Below are positions 13,601 through 27,799 of a stretch of DNA of 64,000 nucleotides, in pieces. The notes below the pieces were generated by a model that was not told the DNA's origin, made no database searches, and was given only the letters and a program-made list of their open reading frames with translations. Numbering within the stretch: position 1 is the first letter of the stretch; each line of letters opens with the position of its first letter. Both the position numbers and the translations under genes were made by a program. The stretch is taken from NCBI GenBank assembly GCA_951406725.2, contig OX597827.1, positions 74,400,001 through 74,464,000 on the forward strand, given 5' to 3'. Origin of the DNA: Octopus vulgaris (Eukaryota).

Positions 13601-14028
13601 TATTTACACACATACATATATTTAAATATAGGTTGATATATATAAATATATACATATATATGCAAACATATATGCAAACACACACGCGTGCGCACACACA
13701 CACAGACAACCGCATATATACACACACACACAGACACACATACATACATATATACGCATAAACACACGTACATGCACACGCATGTGTACAAGAGGAATTT
13801 CAGTAACATTGATCGATTTGAATCTATTGACGAAAATAGTTGCGTATCGTGTCACACAAGGAGATTGAACCAGAGACCACGAGGTTAAGAATATATGTAT
13901 GTGTGTTTAGTCATTTATTTACATAAATATGTCTATATATATAATATATAGATGTGTGCGTGTGTGCGTGTTTGTGTATCTATATATATGTGACTATATG
14001 TAAGAAGAGAGATATCGAGAGGAGAATA

Positions 14029-14063
<35 letters not shown>

Positions 14064-14237
14064 GGGCAGGAAGAAAGAGAGTTGAGCTGCATAGAGAAAA
14101 CATGAAACATCAAAAATACATTATCAAATAATTAGGATAGACATTAATTACCACTAACACATTTAATCAGCATATGTGGATACAGTAATTAGACGGAAAG
14201 AAAGAATAAGAATTTTAAAAAAATATTGTTTACATAC

Positions 14238-14481
14238 ACAGTGTAAAAATCTGTTTGATTGATGGGATCAATAATATTCCAAAGTAGAAAACTATTACGT
14301 TTCCAGTCGGCATTGCTAAAGACTTCTACGTCCAAAAGAATAACCGCATCTGACAGTTTCGGATTAGCTATGATAGTTTCAACAATCTTATCCGGAAAAA
14401 AGGAAACGACACAATAGCTTTGTTTGTTGTCTCCTTCTAAGAGGATGAACGGCCATGCCCACTTATTAAGTGATCTCATTA
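14238..14481 (-). CDS. Candidate internal exon of an unidentified gene (81 aa)
   Basis: tttcag acceptor, gtatgt donor, open complex frame MRSLNKWAWPFILLEG...LLWNIIDPINQTDFYT in otherwise low-complexity DNA; no family recognised. Confidence 0.45.
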
Positions 14482-14616
14482 CTGAAACACAACTCCATTA
14501 CAGAGAAATTGTTTATACACGGATGTACAAATTCGTTTTTAAGTGTCTCTATGCAGATTTAGAACAGGATCATGTGAGTGAGTGTGTACGTAAATTTGCG
14601 TGTGTGTTTGGTGCGC

Positions 14617-14687
<71 letters not shown>

Positions 14688-14855
14688 CGTGGTGCGTAAG
14701 TACAGTTCCTTAGAAGATCCCATGTTTCCCTAACTTAGGTGAGATACTAGTTACGAGTAGATGTTGGAAACTCTCGCAGCCCTTACGTCACTCATCCGGT
14801 GGAATAATCAGAAGGAAACATCTGAACGAGAAGAGTGGATATAAATATATATATG

Positions 14856-14897
<42 letters not shown>

Positions 14898-15033
14898 TTA
14901 CATACATACATACACACGTATATATGCATGTATACGTGTCTAACTATCTGTCTCTGTCTCTCACTTTTCTCTCTCTCTCTCTCTCTCTCTCTATCCATGC
15001 ACGCGCGCATATGTGCATACATATCTGTATGTA

Positions 15034-15070
<37 letters not shown>

Positions 15071-15451
15071 GTATCCATGTATATTAACAAAAGTATCTAT
15101 ATATGCATATTTAATGCTTTGGGCAGTTCTACACTTTTCATTACCATATGTATAGAATTAGACAAGTGTGTGTGTGTGTTTGTTTCCTTTCCTCGGCGTC
15201 CAATAACGCAGTACTTATTCCACATACTCGCATTGTTTTGTCTTGCTTGTTCAGGTTTGGATTGACTATATACATACATATATATATATACATATATATA
15301 TATAATTTTGAATAAGATAGAATCAACAACGGGGACGGTTAGACAGTTATTTAATAATCACTATTTTGTAATCCGATACTAACGTAATACACCTGCTATT
15401 TCTGAACTTCGGTGTGTGGTGAAGCAATTCTTTGCTGAAAACTTTTTATTA

Positions 15452-15523
<72 letters not shown>

Positions 15524-15550
15524 TATGTATATATATTATGTATATATATA

Positions 15551-15634
<84 letters not shown>

Positions 15635-16438
15635 AACTAGGATGGCTAGACGCAATATAAAGTCAAAAAGAAAACTTCAATTGTCAGTGATAGTAACTGA
15701 GGGTGCAACGCCAGTTTTCTTTCAGCTTCCATCTACCAAATACTCTCGAAACGATTCGGTCGCCCCAGTGATCGAAGACTCTAGAAGTCTCACGCAGAGG
15801 GACTGAACTCGAAACCATCTTGATTAGGAGTGATTCGTGCACGATTTGCCTCTGTGTTTGTGTGTGTGTGCATGCGTGTGCACACAAAGTCTAAGCTGAA
15901 ACTCAAACGTGAGTATTGCTCCATGCTTCCCTAATTTAGGTGATTAATTAGTGTTGATTAGATGCTGGAGACTGTCTAAGCTCTTTCGGCTTTGACACAC
16001 AGGAATAACAAGAATGTAAGAGCTGAAGCGAAAGACTGATAAAGCAGCTGGTTTTCCTTACAACTGGTTGAAGTGACAAACCTCAAATGAACTAACTTGG
16101 AAGGGGATCAAAAACTGCCCAGGATATGAATCGAACTCATCGCCCTATGATGCTGAAACCTGCACACTAAGAATTCGAGCACGCGCCTAGGTTAGGATTC
16201 CGAGGACCCAGAGTTTGGATAAAAAGAAAAGAAATTTGCATTTCCATATGATTCGAAGTCATTTGATAAAATTCTATATAAGAATATTTTCAAACAAAAT
16301 TATATTTGAGCATTTCTTTAATATTAAATGTTATATATTGTTGTTCTCTTAAAAAGATATTAGCTACGAGATGTTAGTAAAACTCTATCAGGATATTGTG
16401 ATGGAGTAAATTTCAGAAACAATTGAAAATCATTTCTC

Positions 16439-16474
<36 letters not shown>

Positions 16475-16548
16475 CGTGACTCTCTCTCTCTCTCTGTCTC
16501 TCTCTCTCCGTATTTTTGGCAGTTTAAGAGTGAAGTGGGAATATTGCG

Positions 16549-16551
<3 letters not shown>

Positions 16552-16592
<41 letters not shown>

Positions 16593-16885
16593 TACATACA
16601 TACATACATACATACATACATACATACATACATACATACATACATACATACATACATACATACATACATACATACATACATACATACATACATACATACA
16701 TACATACATACATACGTACGTACATACATACATACATACATACATACATACATACATACATACATACATACATACATACATACATACATACGTACATACA
16801 TACATACATACATACATATACATACATACATACATACATACATACATACATACATACATACATACATACATACATACATACATAC
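16552..16885. repeat. (CA)n-(CATA)n microsatellite
   Basis: Direct reading. Confidence 0.95.
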
Positions 16886-16914
16886 GTACTCACACAAATA
16901 TACGCACATGCATG

Positions 16915-17307
16915 TTTTTTTGGGAAGCACTCCGTCGGTTACGACGATGAGGGTTCCGGCTGATCCGAATCAACGGAACAGCCTGCTCGTGAAATTAACG
17001 TGTAAGTGGCTGAGCACTCCACAGACACGTGCACTCTTAACGTAGTTCTCGGGGATATTCAGCGTGACACAGAGAGTGACAAGGCCGGCCCCTTGAAAAT
17101 ACAGGTACAACAGAAACAGGAAGTAAGAGTGAGAGAAAGTTGTGGTGAAAGAGTACAGCAGGGATCACCACCATCCCCTGCCGGAGCCTCGTGGAGCTTT
17201 TAGGTGTTTTCACTCAATAAACACTCACAACGCCCGGTCTGGGAATCGAAACCGCGATCCTATGACCGCGAGTCCGCTGCCCTAACCACTGGGCCATTGC
17301 GCCTCCA
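16915..17307 (-). mobile_element. SINE family C with tRNA-Arg-like head (possibly octopus OR-type)
   Basis: ggcgcaatggcccagtggttagggcagcggactcgcggtc...gtttcgattcc head, followed by non-tRNA body and retroposon tail. Confidence 0.8.
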
Positions 17308-17470
17308 GTGCACATGCATGTATATAACTATTCAGCAGAAGATAATACTCCGTATTAAGTCCCGGGGTCGAATTGCTCGACTAAAAGGCGGTGCTCCAGC
17401 ATGGCCGCAGTCAAAATGACTGAAACAAGTAAAAGAGTAAAAGAGTAAAAGAGTATATATATATGAGTGT

Positions 17471-17510
<40 letters not shown>

Positions 17511-18629
17511 ATATATTGTGCGTGTGTGTGTATGTATATATTGTGCGTGTGTGTGTATGTGTTGTGTATGTGTATACACACGCACACACACACACACACA
17601 CATACCTATTTACAAATATATTATTGAGATAGTTGTTGAAATCCAAGCTGTGTCCTCATGAAGTACATCCGCTTATTTCCAAATCCGTATTTAGCTGTTG
17701 TATTTATTTGAGATATGACTCAGAGATGAGACGAAAAGACTGGGAAATATTTTCTCTACAGTAACAATATCCAAAGGGGAGATTGGGAAAATTTGGGGCG
17801 TTATTGCTTCAATTACACGGTGTCCTTTGCTAATATGACTTTACGCTACTTCCGCGACTTACGACTTACTTGTACGTACTCACCATTACACGAGGATAAT
17901 ATCGATATTTAAGTATCCATATTATCTAGTGGCCAGCATGGGAAAAATACCGTACAAAGGTACTTGAGGGTGTCTAAGAGACACCAACATGCCGAAATAC
18001 AGTCGAAACTCTGACTATAAAAACCACGTTAAGGGTTCGTGTCGCACCATGAGATAAGACAGATAGACAAAATATACAAGCAAAAATTATTGAATAATTC
18101 AAGATCCAGGATTTCTGGTTTTGCTTTAAATAAGTTTACATCGGTTGAATATATCAAGAGTACATAAATACAGATATATACATGCAGAACAAACGATATA
18201 CATACGCGCGTTATGTATATATACGCCCCCTTCTCAAATCAGGGATACAACATATAGATACACTGCAACACAATTACATTTCCTCAACAGGCCCAGGCTT
18301 ATTTAACATTGTCTCAAAACTAAAATAAGGTACAATAATCCTTTCCTTTCAGGAGCACACACATACTTCCCCTGCATCTCTGTTTTGTGAATGTAGGTAT
18401 GAAGTTATGTACTTATACAGTGTGCATATACACACGGTAGTTATACATTTACATACATATATACATTCATACATACTTGCATGGATATGTATTTATGTGT
18501 TTATGTATGTATACAAACATACCCACACACATACACACATATATATATTATATATATTTATTTGTACCTGCTTGTATACATATACATATATTATATAGAA
18601 ATTTTTTCATACCTGCTTGTATATATATA

Positions 18630-18677
<48 letters not shown>

Positions 18678-18701
18678 TTGTATATATATATATATATATA
18701 T

Positions 18702-19033
18702 GAGATCCCCTTCGGTCATGACTGACTGTGGGATTGCACCTAGAATGTTACCCTCCCAGGCACAAGTCGGGGCAAGTTTGTTTAGGGAAGACCAGCAGTC
18801 GTCCATTCGTTCCGGCTTCCCCTCTCCACGCCACCAGTGTTATCCAAGGGAAAAGCAAAAGCCGATACAGCTTGGCATCTGTGACGTCGCAACTCATTTC
18901 TACAGCTGAGTGAACTGGAGCAACGTGAAATAAAGTGTCTTGCTCAAGAACACAATACGCAACCCGGTCCGGAATTTAAAGTCACAACCTCTCGATCGTA
19001 AGCTCGACACTGTAACCACTGAGCCATGTGCCT

Positions 19034-19037
<4 letters not shown>
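18702..19037 (-). mobile_element. SINE family D, full length
   Basis: ggcacatggctcagtggttacagtgtcgagc head; gtgttcttgagcaagacactttatttcacgttgctccag core. Confidence 0.8.
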
Positions 19038-19117
<80 letters not shown>

Positions 19118-19143
19118 GTGTGTATTTCATTATATATTATATA

Positions 19144-19649
19144 CTAGCAGTATCGCCCGGCGTTGCTCGGGTTTGTAAGGGAAATAACTATATAAGCATT
19201 TTTAGAGAGTTACTTCCCTTATAAATTCGGGCTTTCTTAGCCATTTTTGTTTTGGTGTCTTCAAGCCATGAAGTCGTTGTTCTAAAAGAACGCTGGTTTC
19301 CTTCACAACGCATTACGACGTTGATTTCTTTACACTCCCTTCCCCACAGCTTCACGAGGGAGGGAAGGGGGAGAAGCAAACAGGTGCAGCTGTGAGCGTG
19401 GACGCCAACTCCGCCGCCATCGACATACGATGCATTTTATGCATTAAAATGGAATAAAAAATGATGTTAAATTATTTTTAAAATCGTAGACTCATCGATG
19501 ACGCGCGCTAATAGTCAGACGGGCTCGATATGAATCACAATTATAAGATACCCGAATTTGGTTAAACTGCACCGCAAAATGTGGGAGGAGTTAGGAATCT
19601 AAATCGAAGGGGACAGACACTCACACAACTAGAGTTTTATATATATAGA
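19144..19649 (-). mobile_element. Non-autonomous Helitron
   Basis: Minus-strand 5' TC(TA)n, 3' hairpin ccgagcaacgccgg plus CTAG, inserted between A and T; homologous to 56646-57280; absent from the paralogous site near 22890. Confidence 0.85.
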
Positions 19650-19784
19650 TATACATATTTATACCTGCTAGCATATATATATATATATACACGCACATTT
19701 ATATACACTTACTAATAATCCGACAACCGACAACGAAATTAAGATTCACTTCCAAATCTAAATATATCAAAATCAATCAACTTT

Positions 19785-20014
19785 AGTTGAACCGGAGCAA
19801 AGTGAAATAAAGTGTCTTGCTCAAGAACACAATACGCAGCCCGGTCCGGTGTTCGAAGTCACAACCTCACGATCGCAAGCTCGACACTCTAACCACTGAG
19901 CCTTCACTATATATATATAGTGGCATCTTGGTCAAGTGTCTTCTGCATAGCCCCGGGCCGACCAATGCATTGTGAGTGGATTAGGTAGACGGAAACTGAA
20001 AGAAGCCTGTCGTA

Positions 20015-20112
<98 letters not shown>

Positions 20113-20316
20113 TGGGTGTCTGTGTTTGTCCCCCTAGCATTGCTTGAGAACCGATGCGGGTGTGTTTACATCCCCGTCACCTAGCGGTTCGGCAAAAAGA
20201 GACCCATAGAATAAGTACTGGGCTTACAAAGAATAAGTCCAGGGGTCGATTTGCTCGACTAAAGGTGGTGCTCCAGCATGGCCGCAATCAAATGACTGAA
20301 ACAAGTAAAAGAGTAA
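19785..20316. mobile_element. SINE D head (minus, 19785-19907) and SINE A lacking its head (plus, 19920-20316)
   Basis: Sequence identity to the other copies in the window. Confidence 0.75.
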
Positions 20317-20677
20317 CGAGAATATATATATATATATTATATATTATATATTATATATCAGATATTATATATTATATATATACATATTTATACCTTGCTT
20401 GCATATATATATATATATATACGCACATTATATACACTTACTAATAATCTAACAACCAACAACAAAATTAAGATTCACTTCCAAATCTAAATATATCAAA
20501 ATCAATCAACTTTATTTCTGCAACAAATATTCCCATCGTCTAACAAAACATTCTGTATAATCGGCAACAACTGATAATTATCCGTGTGAAAATCCAAGAC
20601 GAGTAGTCTCCCTTGGATAACACGCTTTTGTATTAAGGTCAATATTTCTCATAAACCCAGCTTAAAGTAAGCGAACC

Positions 20678-20757
20678 GTTGTCAATGGCAACATTACGTC
20701 ACAAACAGAATCGCTTGACGCATGCGTATTCCCCAATCTTAATATCGTCTGCTACAA
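20678..20757. promoter_or_regulatory. Promoter-like module copy 1: RFX X-box, CRE-like, NRF1-like motifs
   Basis: GTTGTCAATGGCAAC (20678-20692), TTACGTCA, ACGCATGCGT, ATATCGTCTGCTAC. Confidence 0.4.
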
Positions 20758-21522
20758 ACCTCGACAAGACAAAACAGGTCAACATATTTGTTCCACTGCT
20801 GACGTTGAAAATTCATAAAGAAATTCAGTGGAAAATTACAGTTTATTAGCATTTAATATTGTAGAATCATTTTTAAAAAATTAATAATTCTACAGAAAAT
20901 AAGAAGACATACAAAATGTTTTTCGTGGTTCTGTCGACAGACACGGTAAGTAGGAACTTTTACAATTATAAGTTTGAAACTAGAGTAATCCAAGTTACAT
21001 TGATTTTGATGTCCTTCAATTTTTGATGAATTTTGTTGAAGAAAAAGAAATCTGAATAAGAGAAACAACCTTTATTCACTTTATGAACGGCTCTCATTAA
21101 CGTGGAACATCTCATCTATAATAGTTTAAATACAGAAATCTTTCTATGAGAATGTGATACAATATGTGTTAAGTAGACCATCATGAAACAAATAGTCTAT
21201 TATCGAAGGTTGGGCAAATATAATTTCATTGCAGACAACTCCATTACTACCTGTTATCGTAGCTGATATGTCGAACGAATAAATAATTTTCTGCTCTACC
21301 TCTGTGAAGTTGGAATAGCAATTTCTCAGATAAACAATGAAACATTTTATTTCACAATTCAAAAAAGCATTTTCAGAATGAGTGCTTCGGTAACTAATAC
21401 ATACCAATACTATACAAATATGTATATTAGTGAGAGAATGTATGGGTGAAATAATTACCTGTAAATTGAGATTGAGGAAAATTAATGATAGTGCTTTCGT
21501 CTTATATATATATATATGGGAT

Positions 21523-21642
<120 letters not shown>

Positions 21643-21877
21643 GTGTGTAAACTGACCAATTTTCCTGTTGAAATGGATAAGTAAATAAATCGTAGCATCC
21701 AACATTCTCCGTGAATGCTTCATAACCTTCCTACGTTTTCAGAGAACTGGTGATTGCTGTTACAGGACACAGAATCTAACCGAAAGACAGACATCTCGAA
21801 GAATTGCAAGAAATGTCTATAAAATGTATAACGATAATTTTACTTTATTTTAGTAAGTCTGAGTTACACGTGCGTGC

Positions 21878-21908
<31 letters not shown>

Positions 21909-22414
21909 TGTATGTATGTATGTATGTATATATGTATGTATGTATGTGTGTGTGTGTGTATATATGTAATTGTTATGTATATATACGCCTCCTTCCCAAT
22001 TCAGGGATACAACATATAGATACACTGCAACACAATTACTTTTCCTCAACAGGCCCAGGCTTATTTAACATTGTCTCAAAACTAAAATAAGGTACGTAAT
22101 AATCCTTCCCTTTCAGGAGCACACACATACTTCCCCTGCACACGTCTCTGTTTTGTGAATGTAGGTATGAAGTTACGTACTTATACAGTTTTGGGCGTGT
22201 GTGCTTGTATATACACACACAACACACACATGTAGTTATACATTTACATACATATATACATTCATACATACTCGCATGGATATGTATTTATGTGTTTATG
22301 TATGTATACAAACATACCCACACACACACACACATATATATATATTATATATATTTATTTGTACCTGCTTGTATACATATACATATATTATATAGATATT
22401 TATTTATACCTGCT

Positions 22415-22880
<466 letters not shown>

Positions 22881-22917
22881 ATTATATATTATATGTATAT
22901 ACATATTTATACCTACT

Positions 22918-22978
<61 letters not shown>

Positions 22979-23229
22979 TTATATACACTTACTAATAATC
23001 CAACAACCGACAACGAAATTAAGATTCGCTTCCAAATCTAAATATATCAAAATCAATAAAACTTATTTCTGCAACAAATATTCCCATCGTCATAACGAAA
23101 CATTCTGTATAATCGGCAACAACTGATAATTATCCGTGTGAAAATCTAAGACGAGTAGCCGCCCTTGGATAACTCGTTTTTGTATTCAGTTCAAAATTTC
23201 TCACAAACCCAGCTTAAAGTAAGCGAACC

Positions 23230-23308
23230 GTTGTCAATGACAACATTACGTCAGAAATAGAATTGATTGACGCATGCGTATTCCTCAATCTTAATATCGT
23301 CTGCTACA
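23230..23308. promoter_or_regulatory. Promoter-like module copy 2
   Basis: GTTGTCAATGACAAC (23230-23244), TTACGTCA, ACGCATGCGT, ATATCGTCTGCTAC. Confidence 0.4.
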
Positions 23309-24379
23309 AACCTCGACAAGACAAAACAGGTCAACATATTTGTTCCACTGCTGACATTGAAAATTCATAAAGAAATTCAGTGGACAATTACAGTTTATTA
23401 GCATTTAATATTGTAGAGTCAGTTTTTTTTAATTGATAATTCTACAGAAAATAAGAAGACACACAAAATGTTTTTCGTGGTTCTGTCGACAGACACGGTA
23501 AGTAGAATCTTTTACAATTATAAGTTTGAAACTAGAGTAATCCAAGTTACATTGATTTTGATGTCCTTCAATTTTTGATGAATTTTGTTGAAGAAAAAGA
23601 AATCTGAATAAGAGAAACAACCTTTATTCACTTTATGAACGGCTCTCATTAATGTGGAACATCTCATCTATAATAGTTTAAATACAGAAATCTTTCTATG
23701 AGAATGTGATACAATATGTGTTAAGTAGACCATCATGAAACAAATAGTCTATTATCGAAGGTTGGGCAAATATAATTTCATTGCAGACAACTCCCTTACA
23801 ACCTGTTATCGTAGCTGATATGTTGAACGAATAAATCATTTTCTGCTCTACCTCTGTGAAGTTGGAATAGCAATTTCTCAGATAAACAATGAAACATTTT
23901 ATTTCACAATTCTATAAAGCATTTTCAGAATGTGTTCTTAGGTAACTAATACATATTGAACTATACAAGTATGTATATTAGTGAGAGAATGTATGCAGAT
24001 GAAAATAATTACCTATAAATTGATATTGAAGAAATCTAAAGATAGTGCTTTCCTCTTATAATGGAAAAATACCCAAATTCTCTGTTGTGTTCAGGGACAT
24101 AGTGCGCTCGAAGTTTCACATCTTGTCTGTGAAATGAGAAACACATTTAACTCTTCCAAAGTTTGTTCACGAAATGATGTTGTGGCATTCTATAACCGAT
24201 AATATTTAGCTTTTGATTTGACTGAAACTGTTGTCAGCACGACGATTATCTTCATATTACATATTCAAACGATATCTGCTGGGATACGAGTTCGACTCCC
24301 GTGATCACCTGATAAGAATTTGTCTGTGTTATGAGTGTAAAATAGAAAGTAGAGAAGTTGTTATGGACCATGAGTATCC

Positions 24380-24830
24380 TTCAACGTCAGTTATACATAC
24401 AAGTAATATATCTAGACTTCTTTAAGGCCTTCGAAGAAGCTGATCAGAGAACTATATGCCACAACCAATTATGATCATAGTATAATTGGAAAACTAATGG
24501 ACCAATCATCTGACAAAATTTGCAGTTCACAATGCTTGTTCAGAGGAGACATTATTTCTATGAGGTGTCCCTCACGCATCCGATTCGGATATTGTTTGTA
24601 GTGGCTCTTTTTTAGACATACTCTCACTCAGTAAGTCATTCTCTCTAGGTACGTTGATGATATAAAAGTATCAAAAACATACATTTCAGTAAAAATTAAA
24701 CGTATTATACAAATAGACAGAATGTAGTCGACACGCAAATCAGTACTGGGAAATTTTGTGTATTCAGCTATCAATCTACAAGGATATCACAATTAGAATG
24801 CAATGAACTGGCAGGTCTTGCCAGTGGAAA
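24380..24830 (+). mobile_element. Highly decayed CR1-type RT fragment
   Basis: VIYLDFFKAF and GVP motifs with stops and frameshifts. Confidence 0.55.
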
Positions 24831-25242
24831 TACACAACTACATGAGCAGAGACTCAAGATTATTACTAAATGATGCGCAACGAACATATGGAATTATGTA
24901 TTTTGTATGATTCCATGTACGTGCCGCATGGCTCACACCCTCAGAATTGTGAGGTTGTGTCGTCGGTTACCAGACCGGATTATATGTTATGTTTTTACTC
25001 GGCTGTAGAAATGATTTACGACGTGACCGGTGCCGAGCTGCATCGGCTTTTACCTTTCCCTTCCACAACATTGGTTGCATACCAGAAATTCTCCATGTGG
25101 GAACTTTGTGAATAGATGCACATTCTCGGGTGTATGCATTGATACATCAACCAACACACAAATTTAACCGCATATTTACAAACACAAGGAATTCTTTTGA
25201 TTCAAAAGTCTTGTTGCTTTGTTAGCAAACGTCTGAACTCAT

Positions 25243-25698
25243 ACCTACATACATACATACATACATACATACATACATACATACATACATACATACATAC
25301 ATACATACATACATACATACATACATACATACATACATACATACATACATACATACATACATACATACATACATACATACATACATACATACATACATAC
25401 ATACATACATACATACATACATACATACACACATTCATACATACATACATACATACATACATACATACACGTACATACATACATACATACATACATACAT
25501 ACATACATACATACATACATACATACATACATACATCATCACAACATACATACATACATACATACATACATACATACATACATACACACATACATACATA
25601 CATACATACATACATACATAACATACATACATACATACATACATACATACATACACATACATACATACATACATACATACATACATACATACATACAT
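25243..25698. repeat. (TACA)n microsatellite
   Basis: Direct reading. Confidence 0.95.
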
Positions 25699-25699
25699 G

Positions 25700-27780
25700 A
25701 GAATTGTAAGGCAGCTACTTGAGCAGCATTCCTTATCTGATAACCTAGAAGTCGCACGACGCTACTGCAAAGGTATCATCATAATGAAGGATGAGCCTAA
25801 ATGAGCAGAATCCAATGCCTGGATATGTTACTAGAAAGCACGGAGATGATAGTAACATTGATCATAAAAGTAGTCTACCATGGATCAATAGCCGGATTAC
25901 TACCTCCCATTTTGAAGGGTTTGTGTTTGCAGTTCAGGAAGAAGAAAAATCAACCAATTACTTGAAGCACAGAAGGGATAGATGTGCATGAAAAACAGTA
26001 AAATGCCACAACCGATGCACACTTTGTAGAAATTCTCTGTGAGAGATGCACACAGTTTCAACCAACACACGACGTGAAACGCAAATTTACAACACTTTTG
26101 TCTTGTTGCTTTGTTAGCAAATGTCTGAACTCATTCAATAAGAAATTAAACTCAAAGAAAAAAATCATACATAATCATCATAACATACATCATACATACA
26201 TACATACATACATACATACATACATACATACATACATACATACATACATACATACATACATACATACATACATACATACATACATACATACATCTGCAGT
26301 GCCAGTATTCATGCCATCATTTGGGCTGCTTGAATGGACGCTTGATAAGATCCGAGTCATTGATGTGAAAGCCGGAAGAATACTTACAAGTACACATGAT
26401 TTCCGCATAAACAGTGCCGTGCACAACCCCTAACCAAATCGAAAACAAAGTGGCAGTGGCTTAACATCGATCCAAAATGCCTTTGATTATTTCATCAAAT
26501 CCCTTCGACAAAATCTTTTAACCACCAAGTGTCGAAGTGCATCCCTTGATCATGTTTGCATACATGAGGCTAACAATATCGTAAGACATGGAAGGCACCT
26601 TCTAGAACAACACTCTTTATCTGATAACCTAGAGTACATGCGCAAAATAAGTAGCACGACACTAGGGCAACGTCATCAGATGAAAGGATGAGCCTAGATG
26701 AGCAGAAGGCTGTAGAACGCTCCGAGATGATAGTAACATCGATCATCAAAGCGGTTTATCATGGACCAATAGCCGGATTACTATCGTCCACTTTGAAGGG
26801 TATGCACTTGCAATCCAGGAACAGGATGCACAAAAGGATTAGGGATACAGGAAAATTCAGTAAGATGTGACAACCGATGCAGACTTTGTAGTGTTAACAC
26901 CGAAGATATCACCCACATCATTAGCAGTTGTCCGAAAATGTTATCAGTCGATGAGACATTATGTTGTAGTTAGGACACTCTATAATGAAATCCGTCAGAA
27001 GGACATCCTCGAGGACAAGGAATTAAGAACCCAAAGTATGATAGAAGGCATAGCCACCTATAATTAAAAGGAGTACTGGTGGAATATCCCAGTTAAGACC
27101 TCAATAAAACGCAATCACAACAGACCTGATATAATGATTTGGGATATTGAAGAGAAACCATGCACAGTTGTGGAAATTGCTAATTTCCAGCGCATGTTAA
27201 CATGAAGATGAAGATCAGTGAAAATGAGAACACCTACGCTGAACTACCGAGAAATCTGAAGTTATTCTATACAGGTTACAAGTTCAGGTTTATACCTGTA
27301 ATTATTTAGGTCCTGTGATAGGTAACACACGGCCTAAATATCAATCTTGAGAAATTAGGCTACCCAAAACCAGAAAGAAGAAAGCTAATTCGAAGACTAC
27401 AGATCCATCTACCACTGGGACTGTAAGAATCTATAAAACTTCCCAGAAGTTTTGCATTTAGATATATATGAGCATGTCTAGATATGCAAATATACGCATA
27501 AGAATACATACATAAAACAAAACATATAAATCTGCACATATGCATACATGCAAACACAAATACCCAGTTGATGATGTTGAAATCCCAATGGAGAAGCATT
27601 GAATCTAGGTTAGAAACCGGCGCAATCTCTATTGGCAAGAAACCCTGAAATAAAACAGATGTATGCATACATATATACCAACAAATAAAAATACCCTCCT
27701 GCTGATGTTGAAATTCCAGTGACGGTGCGTTAGATCTATGTTAGAAACTGGCTCTTTCTCTATTGGCAAGAAATCTTGCA
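25700..27780 (+). mobile_element. Dong/R4-like LINE 3' fragments (two overlapping pieces, 25720-26030 and 26290-27780), second family
   Basis: HFEGFVFAVQEE..STNYL, CRLC..EDITHIISSCP, RHY, NRPDIMIWD (REL endonuclease); both pieces start at (TACA)n. Confidence 0.8.
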
Positions 27781-27799
27781 CGCATGCGCACACAAAGAG

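Larger units (their letters stand above)
18205..21505. repeat. Segmental duplication copy 1 (paralogous to 21970-24060 and partly to 27800-28690)
   Basis: Colinear high-identity blocks, e.g. 18240-18400 vs 22000-22180 and 20440-21500 vs 22990-24055. Confidence 0.9.

Noticed and set aside
17230-17307. tRNA-like sequences (also 18960-19037, 22528-22600, 60881)
   Set aside because: They run into SINE bodies and tails and lack a proper acceptor stem; SINE heads, not tRNA genes
17600-18015. Possible further minus-strand exons (donors near 17605 and 17883)
   Set aside because: Stops in the longer frames; only very short open segments remain, so unsupported
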